Shown in pieces: positions 1-12,500 of a stretch of DNA of 52,243 bases. This DNA is from Reclinomonas americana ATCC 50394. Taxonomy: Eukaryota. How positions within the stretch are numbered: the first letter of the stretch is position 1; each line of letters starts with the position of its first letter. The notes beneath the pieces are model-generated. The model saw nothing but the letters and a program-made list of their open reading frames with translations, was not told the DNA's origin and ran no database searches. The position numbers and the translations under genes were made by a program. The DNA is taken from NCBI GenBank assembly GCA_048213135.1, contig PS015292.1, positions 1 to 52,243 of the forward strand, given 5' to 3'.

Positions 1-11
1 CCAAAGTTAGA

Positions 12-1851
12 TTATTTCAGCTTGCCACCCGGAAGGCCACCCGACTGCTCCGCGAGCGCGTCGTGCTTGGCCTTGGCGTCGTACTGCGGCGCGAGGCGGC
101 CGTACTGCACAATGACGTCCTCCGGCTTGAGGTCGCGCTTCTCGAACGTGCGGGTGAGGATGTCACGCACGCCGTCCGAGTAGCGGCGCTGGGCGTCGAG
201 GGTGGTGCCAGAATAGTGCGGCGTCAGGGCGTGGTTCGGGGCATTGCGCCACGGGTGGTCAGCCGGAGCCGGCTGCGGCCACCACACGTCACCAGCGTAG
301 CCGGCCAGGTGACCAGACTGAGAGTGCCAGAGTGCGTCAGCACGCGGAGCAAGTGATCATGAGAACACACAAACACTCACAACACCGACCTTCAGAGCCT
401 CCACCAGGGCGTCGCGCTCCACAATCTTGCCACGGGCAGTGTTGACGAGGTACGAGCCGCGCTTCATCTTGCCGATCAGAGTGCGGTTGAACAGGTGCTC
501 AGTGGCGTCGTGCAGCGGGCAGTTGATGGTCACCACATCGCAACTGTATTAATGGTGAGCGCACAATCGACAACATCTTGATATAGGGACGCACGCGACG
601 CAACGTCGACACGAGCTCATCCAGGCTGACGTAGCGGGCGCCAAGTTGCTTCTCCGTCTGTGCATCCAGACGGGCGTAGTCGGAGTACAGCAGCTCCTTG
701 CAGTCGAACGGCTTCAGGCGCTCCAGCACACGGCGGCCAATGCGACCGGCACCGACGGTGCCGACCACCTTGCCCTCCAGATCATAAGCGCACGGGTACA
801 CACCGACAATCGACGCCACGTGCCACTGGCCAGAGACGATCTGCTTGTAGGCGGGGATGTAGTTGCGGACGAGAGCGAGAATCTGCATGACGACGTGCTC
901 GGCCACCGAGACGACATTGCAGCCGGTGACCTCGGCCACTGCACACGAAAGACAACAACCGTCAGGCTCGTGCATGCATGTACAAAAGACACGTGCGTGC
1001 ACACGCGTACCGGTGATGCCGTACTCGCGGCAAGCGTGCAGGTCGACGTGATCCGACCCAATGCCGGCCGTGATCGACATCTTCAGCTTCGGCGACGCCT
1101 CAATGCGTGCCCGGGTAATGTACGCCGGGTGGAAGGGAGTCGAGATGACGACATCCGCGTCCTTCAGCTCCTTGTCGAACTCAGAGTTGGCGCGGTCCTT
1201 GTCGGAGACCACCACGAAGCTAACCCGCCGCAGAAGTCAGCAGCGATCGACGCAATGCAGAGAATGACACGACGACGTACCGGTGGCCACGGCTCTCCAG
1301 GAACTCACGGATGCCGAGCGCATTTTCGCGGCAACCCAGCAGACGCGGGTTCTTGGCAGCCTCAGCGCCGGCCTCGTAGAAGCTGTGTGCCAATAAGCAG
1401 TGAGCGTCATGACGCGGAGATGATGGACAGAGAGAGGGGCTCACCAGCCGACAATCTTCAGCGGCTGTCCCGACGACAGCGCCGCCAGATCGCGGTGCTT
1501 CGACGAGAAGTTGCGCACAGAGCTGTGGCGAGAGAGTGAGTGAGTGTTTGCCATGCGCGTGTGTTCATTTCCACCGACCGCGCTCACGCGACCCCACGCG
1601 CTTGTGCATGAGCGCTCACTACCACTCCCTGTATGCCAGCTGTGTGCTCATGCTCTCTGTGATGTGTGTGCAGCGTGGCGATGCGTGCCGAGATTCTCGT
1701 GTGACATGCGGAGAAAATCACTTGTCTCGGCATTCTTCGTGTTGCGCACGTGCTTCCCTCCCCTTCCGTTCTCTTTTCTGTACAAGAGATACTCTGCGTG
1801 TGCAACAGAGAAGAAGGCCGAGACAACTCACCGGCTCAGTCGCGCCAGCAT
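12..1851 (-). CDS. FDH: NAD-dependent formate dehydrogenase with predicted mitochondrial presequence (7 exons)
   Basis: The spliced product begins MLARLSRSVRNFSS...LKIVGCFYEAG. It contains [34 protein letters not shown], Rossmann [22 protein letters not shown] and PHYSGTT. Six GT-AG introns restore the frame. The stop is TAA at 12-14. Confidence 0.95.
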
Positions 1852-2380
1852 GACGGGAAACGAGTGAAAAACTTCGATGTTACGTGGCAGCCTGTGATTG
1901 TCTCTCATTGGCCATGATCACCCTCTGCACGACTACCCGAGTCTCGTGGCCAGCCTCCACAGCTGCGGCATGAATGCACACCTTCGATTCGCTGATTGCG
2001 CGCACCACACACTCTCTTTCTCGTCCACATAGAGCCTGACGACCTACGCCAAATTGCTTGTTTTGTGTTTTGTACTTCACGTCACACACACCGACACATA
2101 CCGCAGACACCACACATGCACGCACAGCAGAGAGAAGCAAGCAAGACGCATCCACAAGCGACAGACGTGGCGAGCAACAACAACGAGAAGAAAAAACACA
2201 GCCTCTCAGAAAAAGAGCTGCATTCCACTCCCCCTCCCCGTCACTCCCCACGCCCTCCACTGACAAGTCTCCGCATCTCACACACACACGCGCACACACA
2301 CAGCGCCTGCCAGCACGCAGGCAATCCTCCTTATCGTTCCACCCAAAGCAACATGCTGCGGACGGGCAACGTCGATGTCC

Positions 2381-2925
2381 TTATCGGAACTGATGATTGA
2401 TCACACACAAACGCACACACACAGAGGCAGAGAGAGAGACACACACACACAGGGGAGAGCGTCAGTGTGCTGCCTTGTTCAGTCACTCTCCCACAAACGT
2501 CGCGAAGAATTACCTTCTGGAAGCCAATGTCGTTGGCGTTCTCCTTGAAGCACTGGCGGCAAATGCTCAGGCCGTACTTGCGGATCATACCGTGGCCGTT
2601 CGAGCAGATGCGGCTGCGAGAGAGGGCGCGGGCATGTCAGGAGACATGCATGGCCGACCATCAACACCAGACTCTAGTTGTGCGTGCGCGTGCGCGTGTG
2701 TGTGGACGGTGACGACAGAAACACACTCACCAGCAGCGCGAGCCCTCGCCGTACTTGCGGGGATGAGTGTTCCAGATCTTGCTGTGGCCCTGTGTGAACG
2801 GCCACAGTGAGCGACATGCACATGGCACTCTTACACACGCACACACACAGACACACGCGCGCACAGCCAACCACACGCGCTACACGAACTCACTCCACCC
2901 AACACCTACACACCGCACTCACCAT
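2381..2925 (-). CDS. RPS29: 40S ribosomal protein S29 (uS14), 4 coding exons, the first being only ATG
   Basis: ATG|GTGAG at 2925-2923, then [55 protein letters not shown]. The C4 zinc-finger motif is present. Confidence 0.95.
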
Positions 2926-3062
2926 TGTGCGATACGCGACGAGTGCGCAGTGAGACGAGTGATGTAAGGTAAGGGACAGACGACGACAATTGCTCGCCAG
3001 CGACTGTCCCACTCTCTCACGCACACACACAGACAGAGCGACACACACACACACAAGCGCGT

Positions 3063-5462
3063 ATGTCGAGCNNNNNNNNNNNNNNNNNNNNTCTCCTCCT
3101 TCTCCTCCTCGTGCTCCTTCTCCTTCCCCACCTCGCCTCTGTGCGCTCACACACGCACACATACAGAGACATCAAGGCCAGCAACCTGCTGGTGTCCAAG
3201 GAGGGCGTGGTGAAGCTGTCGGACTTTGGTGTCAGTGCGTGGTTGGTGGACTCGGGCGATCGGCGGAAGCAGCGACAGACGTTTGTGGGCACGCCGTGCT
3301 GGATGGCGCCAGGTGTGCATGCTTGCGCACTCCTCTGCTGGACACGGGCTCTTGAGCTGACGTTTTGCACAGAGGTAATGGAGCAAACGCGAGGGTACGA
3401 TTTCAAGGCCGATATCTGGTCGCTGGGCATCACGGCGCTCGAGTTGATCAATGGACGAGCGCCGATGCAGGATCAGGCGCCTATGAAGGTGCTGATTACG
3501 GTGCTCCAGGGGCCACCGCCGACGGTTGAGTCAACGGCCACGCCCGAGGTGGCGGCGGGCGTGTCCAAGTATTTGAGAGATTTTGTGGCTCAGTGCCTGC
3601 AAAAGGACCCGGCAGCGAGGTGCGTGTTGGTGTGCTGCGGGGAGAGAGAGAGAGAGAGTGAGAGAGGAACACGAGACTGATACTTGGCGTGTTGGCGGGG
3701 CAGACCAACGGCGGCGCAGTTGCTGGGACACAAGTTTGTGGCGTCAGTCAAAAAGCCTGAGGCCGTTTTGAGGGAAATTCTCGCGCACTCGGCGTCCTAC
3801 GCGGAGCGCGTGCAGGTAGGACTCAGTTACTGTTCCTACGCCTCGTTTCCATGCATCTCACTTCTTCTTAACAGCGCATGGTACGAGAACGGGAGGAGCT
3901 CATTGCACGGCAAGCAGAAATGGTGCCGTACGGAGCGCCGCCCGTGTCGGCCGAGCTGCTGACCGCGTTGCCGACTGTGCCTGATGGTGAACTCGCCGCC
4001 CCTCTCGCATATTGGCTCCCTGTCGTGTTATTCATCGAGCTTGTGTGTGTGCGTGTGGCAGAGTCGTCGCTGGTCACCATTGGTCGCAATTCGTTGAGAA
4101 AACCGGAGAGCATCGAGTGGGATTTTGATGACGAACCGCTGCCGACCGCAACTGCTGCGGCGGCTGCTGCTGCTCCAGCAGAGGGCGGAGCTAGCGGGTC
4201 GGGTTCTGCTGGTGCGCCAGCAGCGATTGCGGTGCCGCCGATTGTTCTCGGTTCAGCCGTCGACGACCGGTCACCCGCGGTGGAGGCGTCGTCAGCAGCC
4301 ATGGCTGCGGCCCCGGCTGCGCCAGCACATCCGCCAGCATCGGACGACGATGGGACGGAGGCTTCTCGGGTGCGTGAACATATGCACATGTGTTTGTGCA
4401 TGGAAGAAGAAAACTGTGCTCACACGTACTCGTTTTTTTAGGCGGAGCGTGTGGTCGAACAGCGCGGTCGGTTTACGGTGGAGACCATCGAGCACCCTGC
4501 AGGGGGACGTGACGGCGAAGGGGGAAGTGCTGCACGAGATGCACCTCCAGAAGCAGACGCACCACTGGAGAGACCTCACAGTTGTGTGGCATTTGCGTGC
4601 CCTCTTCACTCTCTTTCACAGCTTGCTGATCCCCTTCTCTCTCTCTCTCGCTGTACAGTCAGCAACACCCCTCCCAGCAGTCCGTACGTGACGCCTGGAG
4701 GTGGCGGCGATGGACCACACCAACCATTCGCACTGGCACCATCAACAGCAAGTGCGACGGCTGCCGCCGGCGGAGCTTCTGGTGCGGCCGCGAAGCCGCC
4801 CAAGGCCAAGCCGTCGCCACTGCCCGCCGATATTGCACCNNNNNNNNNNNNNNNNNNNNNNNNNNNNNNNNNNNNNNNNNNNNNNNNNNNNNNNNNNNNN
4901 NNNNNNNNNNNNNNNNNNNNNNNNNNNNNNNNNNNNNNNNNNNNNNNNNNNNNNNNNNNNAATGAGGCGTACGAGCGGTGGAGGCGGTGCGGGCTCTGGG
5001 TCGTCGGCTGCCCACGGTCTCGATCTCACGTTTTCCGACTCGGCCGCGGCGTCGGCGACCGTGCCGAGTAATGCGGCGGGACACGGGGCTCCCACCAATC
5101 TGCACGTGGTCGCTCCACCACACTCGGCGCCCAGCAGCGGCGCACCGAGTGGCAGCTCGTCACCCGAGTATCACGGCCACATTGCCGCATCGCCACCACG
5201 TGGTACATTACTCGGCACTGGTGTACTTGGCGAGCTCGGCTCCCCGCCCTTTGTGCAGCCAACGGTGCGCGATTGATGCAGCGTGTTTATATTGTGGGGA
5301 GTAGGTTTGACGGTATCCGCTGACACGATTTTATTGCGTGCGCTGTAGAATCGAGTCACGCTGCTGGAGGAGGAGGTGGCGACTCTGAAAGCGAACCTGG
5401 AGACGCTCACGGCGGAGAACCAGCGACTGAAGCGTGAGTTGGAGCGAAGGGGTGAAGAATGA
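3063..5462 (+). CDS. STE20-family (OSR1/SPAK/plant MAP4K-like) Ser/Thr kinase; N-lobe lost in a gap
   Basis: Motifs RDIKASNLL, DFGVSA, TFVGTPCWMAPEV, GYDFKADIWSLGITALEL and PMKVL are present. The tail has EWDF and RGRFTV and ends in a coiled coil with TGA at 5460-5462. The start at 3063 is inferred, since it abuts the gap at 3072-3091. Confidence 0.88.
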
Positions 5463-5701
5463 TCACGAGAGAGGGGACTTGCAGTTTTGTCGGCAATCAG
5501 CAGGAAACGGGTGGGAGATGAGTGTACTTTTTTCTTCGTTTTACTGGCGCTGTTTGTATGGAAAGGGTGATCCAATCAACAACGGAGTTGTACAATCGAT
5601 GATCGATTGCGTCCGTTTGCAAAACTTCTCATTGGAGTGCGAGAGAAGGCAAAAAGACATCGTGCACACACTCTCTCGCACGCGCGCGGGAGAGAGAGAA
5701 G

Positions 5702-6837
5702 ATGGGCGGCACATGCTCCTCAGCTCCCGCCCAGTTGTCGACCATGATGGCACGCGGTGCGTCGAGTGAATCATACAGAAAAACAGGATTCAGTGTTTAT
5801 GTCTCCTCACCAGCTCACACTCGTCAACACAGAGGCATCTCGCACCAACTCCGCTGAGCAACTGGCCAGCGTCAAGGCCAACAGCGCGCCAGCATCTGCG
5901 CGGGCCGGCACACCGCCTGTTGGAGGCGATCGAACGGGCTCAGGCATGTGGTTTATTGACAATCGACCGGCCTCACAAGGCGGCACAGCAGCAGCGAGCA
6001 AGTCACACAGTCGTCCCTATCTCGTACAAAAGAGCGCCTCACACTCACGAGCGATGCGCACCAACTCACTGACGACGACGACGGCGAAACGCGTGCAATC
6101 AATCGATCGCACTCGTGCGGGTGGCAGTGACTCGTCCTCTGTGCGCATGTCGACGCCACCACCTGCGGCGCCAACGTCGACATCGACATCGTCGGCGTTG
6201 CCTGCGCGGAAGCCTGCGCTGCGGACGGGCATCTTCCCGCGCATGACTCGACACAGTTACAGTGTCGAGGACTTTGAGAAGCTGGACTTGGAGGAGGAGG
6301 TGGTGGTGGCGGAACAGGCGCCAGCACGAGACAAGGTACGCCATACACACACACACACACGCAGAGCGAGGGAGAGAGAGAGGGGGGGGGGGACATGATC
6401 AATCAGCCGTTTCAATCATGATCGGCATTTGCCCGTTTTGGAGGGTGTCTTTTCTTCTTCTCACATTCACTCGAACATGGGCGGGTGTGCAGACACCTCC
6501 ACGACACGTGGTGTTTACCGAATCAGTGGCGGTCAGCACCTTCTGTTTGCCGTCCAGCGACAGCGACATGTCGGCATCGGCATCGTCGCCATTAGGTGAC
6601 TTGTCGCAGGGCAGCTCGGGGACTGGCGCACTCGGCAGCACCATCATGGAGCCGCTGGCCAGCGGCCTCAGTCCGCGCACCAAGTGCAGGAGGCGCAAGG
6701 ACGGCAGCAAGTTGACCGAGGGCGACAAATTCGTGCCCACTTCCTGGTCGGCCTCGCGGAAAGTCGGATACGGGGCCGGTGACTCGTCGGGCGATTTGCT
6801 GGCGTCTGCGGAGGCCACTGAGTCGTCGAGGCGGTAG
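5702..6837 (+). CDS. Disordered Ser/Ala-rich protein with predicted N-myristoylation and an RVxF motif (3 exons)
   Basis: ATG GGC GGC ACA TGC TCC (MGGTCSS) joins in frame through introns 5757-5832 and 6336-6492. RHVVF lies at 6502-6516. The stop is TAG at 6835-6837. I recognise no homology. Confidence 0.6.
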
Positions 6838-6941
6838 CAGGACTTCCATCATGTTGAATCGCCATCATCATTGTAATCACAACAACAATCATGTACATTC
6901 GTCGTCGTCAACAAAAAACCACCACTCACTCACTCACTCAC

Positions 6942-8960
6942 TCACTTGTCTCCGTCGCCATCCGATAACGATGCAGGCGAGGCGGAGCCACTCATCGCCT
7001 CCTCCTCGTCGCTGCTCTCATCCAGCGCCGTCAGCGGCACCCAGAACGCGACACGCAGCAGCGCAAAAGTGCCGGGGTAGTCGGTGCTGTGCACGTTGCA
7101 GATGAGCGCGTGCTGGCCACTCAGAGGCGGCAGCGCGTTCGATCCACTGGCGCCCTCCGCTGCCACGGCGACCGCGTCTGGCGATGCCGACAGCAGAGTG
7201 GCCAGCGTCAGCGAGCCCTCGTCCTGGTTGGTGAGGCGGTATGTCGTCGGCGCACAGTGAATCACCGCCGGCCCGCCGTGCGACCGCACACTCAGATCGA
7301 CCCCCAGCTCGCCACTGGCCGGCATGTAGGCGATGGGGTGTTGCATGGAGCCGTACAGACCCACAACGAGACCGTCGTACGTCTCTCCATCGCAAGTCTG
7401 GCGTGTGGCATACTGCACGGCCAGCTGTTGCGAGGCGTACAAGTCGACATACACCTGTCGGTGTGCGATTGGCAGTGGAGGCAGCGAGACGCGCGTGGAG
7501 CCTCCGGCGGAACCACCATTGCTGCGTGAGCTGATATCGGTGTCCATGGACTCCACCGCCAACGACATGCCGCCGTCGGCGGACTCACGAATGACCAGCT
7601 GCGGTCGCGCCTTGGCGGCGACCGCCTCGGCCGTCTCTCGCACCACCACACGCATCTCGGCGCCCGACGGACCCCACATCATGCTGGCGGTGCCGCCGCA
7701 CGTGCCGTCAATCGTGATGACGCTGTCGTCGCGGAGGCGAATGACGCCATGATGCAGCGGACCGGCATTCTGGCGACGGAGCAGATCCTGGCCCTGCGCG
7801 TAGAACATGTCGAGCGGCATCACCACTGCGCTTGTACGGTTGCCAAACGCGCCCGAACCGCTGGCGCCCCCGCGTGCACCATTCCGGAAGGGTGCCAGGG
7901 CGCCCTTTTGCGCCGACGACGGTGCGCTCGCGGAACGCGATGGTGTGGTCGACACGCGATCACGCCGCCACCGCCGCTGCAACGACGCCTGCTGCTCCTC
8001 CCCACGATCCACATTGGCATCGTCGACATCCATATCATCGACCTCGTCGTTCTCCCCCTCCTCATCATCCTCATCCTCGTCGTCCTCATCGTCGTCCTCG
8101 TCATCACTGCTGTGCAGCGACTCGCCAATCTGCGATCCGCCGCTCTCGGCACTTGTCCGACCGCGTCCGCGCTGTGCCAAGATGATCCACGGTCAGTGAT
8201 TATGTCGTGGCTCNNNNNNNNNNNNNNNNNNNNNNNNNNNNNNNNNNNNNNNNNNNNNNNNNNNNNNNNNNNNNNNNNNNNNNNNNNNNNNNNNNNNNNN
8301 NNNNNNNNNNNNNNNNNNNNNNNNNNNNNNNNNNNNNNNNNNNNNNNNNNNNNNNNNNNNNNNNNNNNNNNNNNNNNNNNNNNNNNNNNNNNNNNNNNNN
8401 NNNNNNNNNNNNNNNNNNNNNNNNNNNNNNNNNNNNNNNNNNNNNNNNNNNNNNNNNNNNNNNNNNNNNNNNNNNNNNNNNNNNNNNNNNNNNNNNNNNN
8501 NNNNNNNNNNNNNNNNNNNNNNNNNNNNNNNNNNNNNNNNNNNNNNNNNNNNNNNNNNNNNNNNNNNNNNNNNNNNNNNNNNNNNNNNNNNNNNNNNNNN
8601 NNNAACGACGTACGAACGAAAGGAGGAGAGAGAGAGAGAGGGAGAGGGAGAGAGAGGCACACATGCACACACACTTGCACACAGAGACGGAAAGAGAGAG
8701 AGACACGACACACTCACCGCCGAATTCCTCTGCAATCTCAGTCCATCGCTGACCGCGTGTGTCGACGAGCTCCACCAGTCGCTTGTCCTCCTGCAAACAC
8801 ACACATACACACACACACGCACACAGTGTGAGCAACACACAACTTGTCACTCTTCTCTTCTCTCTCTCACCTCCACTCCCCATCGCTTGCGCCGCTTATT
8901 GCGACTCTCGCTGCCATTGGCGTTGACGGGTGCACCGTTCTTGCTGCCACCACCACTCAT
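6942..8960 (-). CDS. Myb/SANT-domain protein (interrupted by a gap)
   Basis: The spliced N-terminus is MSGGGSK...RNKRRKRWGVE|EDKRLVELVDTRGQRWTEIAEEFG, i.e. a basic NLS plus a Myb repeat. After the gap is a 400+ aa same-strand ORF with a D/E tract. Linkage across the gap is assumed. Confidence 0.7.
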
Positions 8961-9510
8961 GTCACGCGCGCACACACAGAGTCACAGTCACGACATGATG
9001 TGATGGGTGTCACCGCTGCACATCATCCGTCGCGTGTGTTCTTCCGTCGCGCGTGCGCATACCGGGCAAGCTCACGTGATCATGGTAATGGTGACGGAGA
9101 CGGATTGTGATGTGCAGGGAGGTTGTTGGCGCGCATGAAACGCAGCGACGGACGGAAGACAAGTGAGACGGCGGACACGACGTTGCAATGGATCGACGCC
9201 GACACAGCGACGATTGCTGCGTTGCTACTGCTGACAGTACGTGACACTGTGCAACCTCCAAGCAGTCGTGTTGCAACGAGACAGCTTGCACAGCGATGAT
9301 CCGCGCGCGTCCGAGCTTGTCCGGACCGATCGCGGACCAGCAGCAGATCCACACACACACACACACGCGCGCGCGTTCTCCGTAACCAGCAGTCTTCCTC
9401 TTTGCCATACTACACAGCTTGCCTCCGCCTTGCAAGAGCAATCGTGTTCGAATTCGCGATCAGACCGGTCCTGCGAGCACCACAACTTCGAAGCGACTCT
9501 CCCGAGAGCA

Positions 9511-12500
9511 ATGGACGAGTACCTGTCGCAGCTCGATGCGCGACTGCAGTACCAGTCATCGCTGTCACCACGTGTGCCTGGTGGTGCACAGCAGCAGCAA
9601 CAGCAGCAGCAGCAGTCGCCACCTGACTATCTCACGGTGTGTGCTCACTCTGACTGGTGCTCTCCTCTCGTGTGTGCGTGCGTGTTGGTCTCACATCGCA
9701 CTCGTACAGAGCACACACGCCAAGAACGTGATCGCCTCACTCGAGTCGAAACTGCGTATTTCGGCCGAGGAGAAGGACGCCATCTTTGCAGAGGTGCAAC
9801 GCCTGCGCGTGCAGCTGGATGAGCGTGCGCAGTCGAACCTGCGCGAGCGGCGCCTGTTGGAGGAAGAGTGCGCCACGTTGCGGCGGCAGCTGCTGGGCAT
9901 GGAGCAGAGTTGGCAGGAGGAGCGTGCCGTGCTGGTCGACATGGCCGAGGAGAACTCGCGCACCATCGCCGAGCTGCAGAGGGCGCTCTCTGTCGCCACC
10001 ACCTATGCGCAGTTGCAGGCGACTGGTGCGCCCAGCTCGCCTGCGCCACCGGGGAGCGCGACGCTCAATGTCGTGCAGTCGCCAGCCGCGCAAATGAGGT
10101 TCCGCTCTTGCTCTTGCCACTCACTCTCATCTCCAGCTGTGTCTCACACGCGCGTGGTGTGGTGCAGGGAAGCGGAGCTGTTGCGATCGCAGCGTGATGA
10201 GCTGGAGCGCACAGTCAACTCACTGCATCAGCGATTGGAGGAGTCGCGCGATGAGGCGCGGCGATCGCAGGAGGAGACGGTGCGCGAGTTGGACGCGTTG
10301 CGAGCGGTGATGGAGGAGCGTGATCAGATTGCGGCGGCGGAGCGAGCGGAGTTGAGCGATGAGGTGATGACGCTGCGTGCGCAGTTGGCGGAGCGCGATC
10401 GTCTGCTGTTGGGCGAGCGCAAGATTGCCGCGGCCGATATCGATGTGTTGCAGCGGACGAGCACGGAGAAGGAGCGATTGTTGGAGCAGCGCTTGCGCGA
10501 CATGCAGGGCCAGTTGAAGCGTGCACAGGCGGCGGCTGCAGCTGCGCAACCGTCTGGTCCTGATCCTGCCATGGTGGCGGCGGAGATGCAGCGCTTGCGG
10601 GACGAGGTGGCCAAGATGGAGGCGCACTCGGCGCTGCTGATGGAGGAGAAGGCGAGTCTCGAGCGGGAACACCGGCAGACGCTGCGGTTGAGCGCCGAGC
10701 GACAGACCTCGTGGGAGCGTGAGTGGCGAGAGCAGACGCAGGCGTTGCGTGAGGAGGTGGCCGAGTTGCGACGACGTGAATCGTCCACGACGCAGGAGTA
10801 CGGAAAAACGCTGCAGATGGTGGTGCGTTCATCATTATTGTTTCATCCGGCGACAACCACAGTCACTCACTCTGTGAGTGCAGGAGGAGCAACGGTCCAC
10901 GGAAATCAGTCGCATGCGCATGCTGGAGGAGGAGGTGACGACGCTGAAGCAGGTGAATGCGCAGCTGCTGACGATGGGTGAGGAGCGGGAGCGCACACTG
11001 GCCGAGGTGGCGGAGCGCTGTGAGAGTGAGAACTACCGACTGTCATCCGCGTTGCGTCGGGAGCAGCAGCAGGTGCTACAGCTGCAAGGTGGGCGGTACA
11101 CGAGTGCGAACTGTGCTGCCATTCTTTCGCTCAATCTGTGACGATTGCAGAGAACTGCTCGGCGCTGCTGTCGCAACTGTCACGTGCCAGCAACGGTCAG
11201 ACACCGTCGGAGGAGTTGGAGCGTGCACGTGCTGATGCAGCTTCGTTGCGCGAGGCCATGGTGGTGATGCAGCGCACCAATGCCGAGCGCGCCACCGAAA
11301 TCACGCGCCTCTCGCAGCTGGTACAAAAGGCGCGTACCGATGCCGACATGGGTGTGCGCAAGGCGGAGCAGCGAGCGTCGGAGCTTGAGGAGCAGCTGAA
11401 GCAGGCGCGTGTCGAGTACCGTGAGGTGCTGGCACGTGGCGGGCAGAATGTGGTGACGGAGATGCGCACGGAGCGCGACTTGACGCACTGGAGGTCGCTG
11501 ATTGAGCAGCTGCAGTCGCAGTTGAAGTTGTCGCAGGACGATGCCGCGCGTCGGTGCGTGTTGCATCTCTCTTTTCTTTCAGGGTCGTGCGTACTCACGC
11601 CACACCAACACCCACCGCAGGCAACAAGAGTTTGGCAACGAGCTGCAGCGTCGTGCGGCGACAGAGGAGGCACTGCGCAGCCACGCAGCGCGACTTGAAC
11701 ACGAGTTGGCACTCTCCAAATCGGAGGCGGAGAGCATTGAAAAGTCGCTGGCGACGGAGCTGTCGTCGCTGCGTGAGGAGTCGTCGATGTTGCGGCGGTC
11801 GCTGGAGGCGGAGCGTGAGCAGTGCGCGGCGTTGCGGGTGACGGCCGAGCGTGCGCGAAGTGAGCGAGTGGAGGCCGCAGACGACCTGTTGCGTGTGGTG
11901 CAACAGGAGCGTGGCCGTGTGGCCGAGGCGCGTGAGCAAATGTCGCAGATGCAGGCGCAACTGGATGCGGAACGGTGTGGCCACTATGTTGTGTTTTTTT
12001 TGTTCTGTCGTGGAAGGACACTCACTCAATCACATACACACACACACAGTCAACAATACACTGCTGGCCTGCTGCGCACATCGCAGGCGTTCTCGGTGCG
12101 CATTGAGGAGTTGTCGAAGCAGCTGGAGACCTTTGCCGGCCCGCCGTCATCACGCGACTCGCGTCACGAGCACGATGGTGAGATTGGATTGCGTGTTATG
12201 CTGCCCTTCCGCTCTGCTGACATGCGTTGATGTGCAGTGGAGGACGACAGCCAGCTGCGCGCTCTGGAGGTGCACTACCGACAGATGGAGGAGCACAGTC
12301 GGTCCACCGTTCGTGCACTCCAGCAAGAGGTCGCCCGGCTCACCGACGAGTTGGCGACTCTGCGACAGGTGGGCTTTGTATGTGCTGAGTGGACGACTGC
12401 GCGTCGATCTGACATGTGTTGTGCGCTTGCTAGGTTGTGGTGCCGTTGCGGGATGGACTGGCCGCAGATCGCGATCAGCTCAGCCGATATCAGCAGCAGA

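Noticed and set aside
2391-2922. snoRNAs in RPS29 introns
   Set aside because: No paired C/D boxes or H/ACA hairpins were visible. The introns are mostly dinucleotide repeats.
8961-9510. Short ORFs between the Myb and coiled-coil starts
   Set aside because: No homology or coding signal. This is more likely promoter/UTR sequence.
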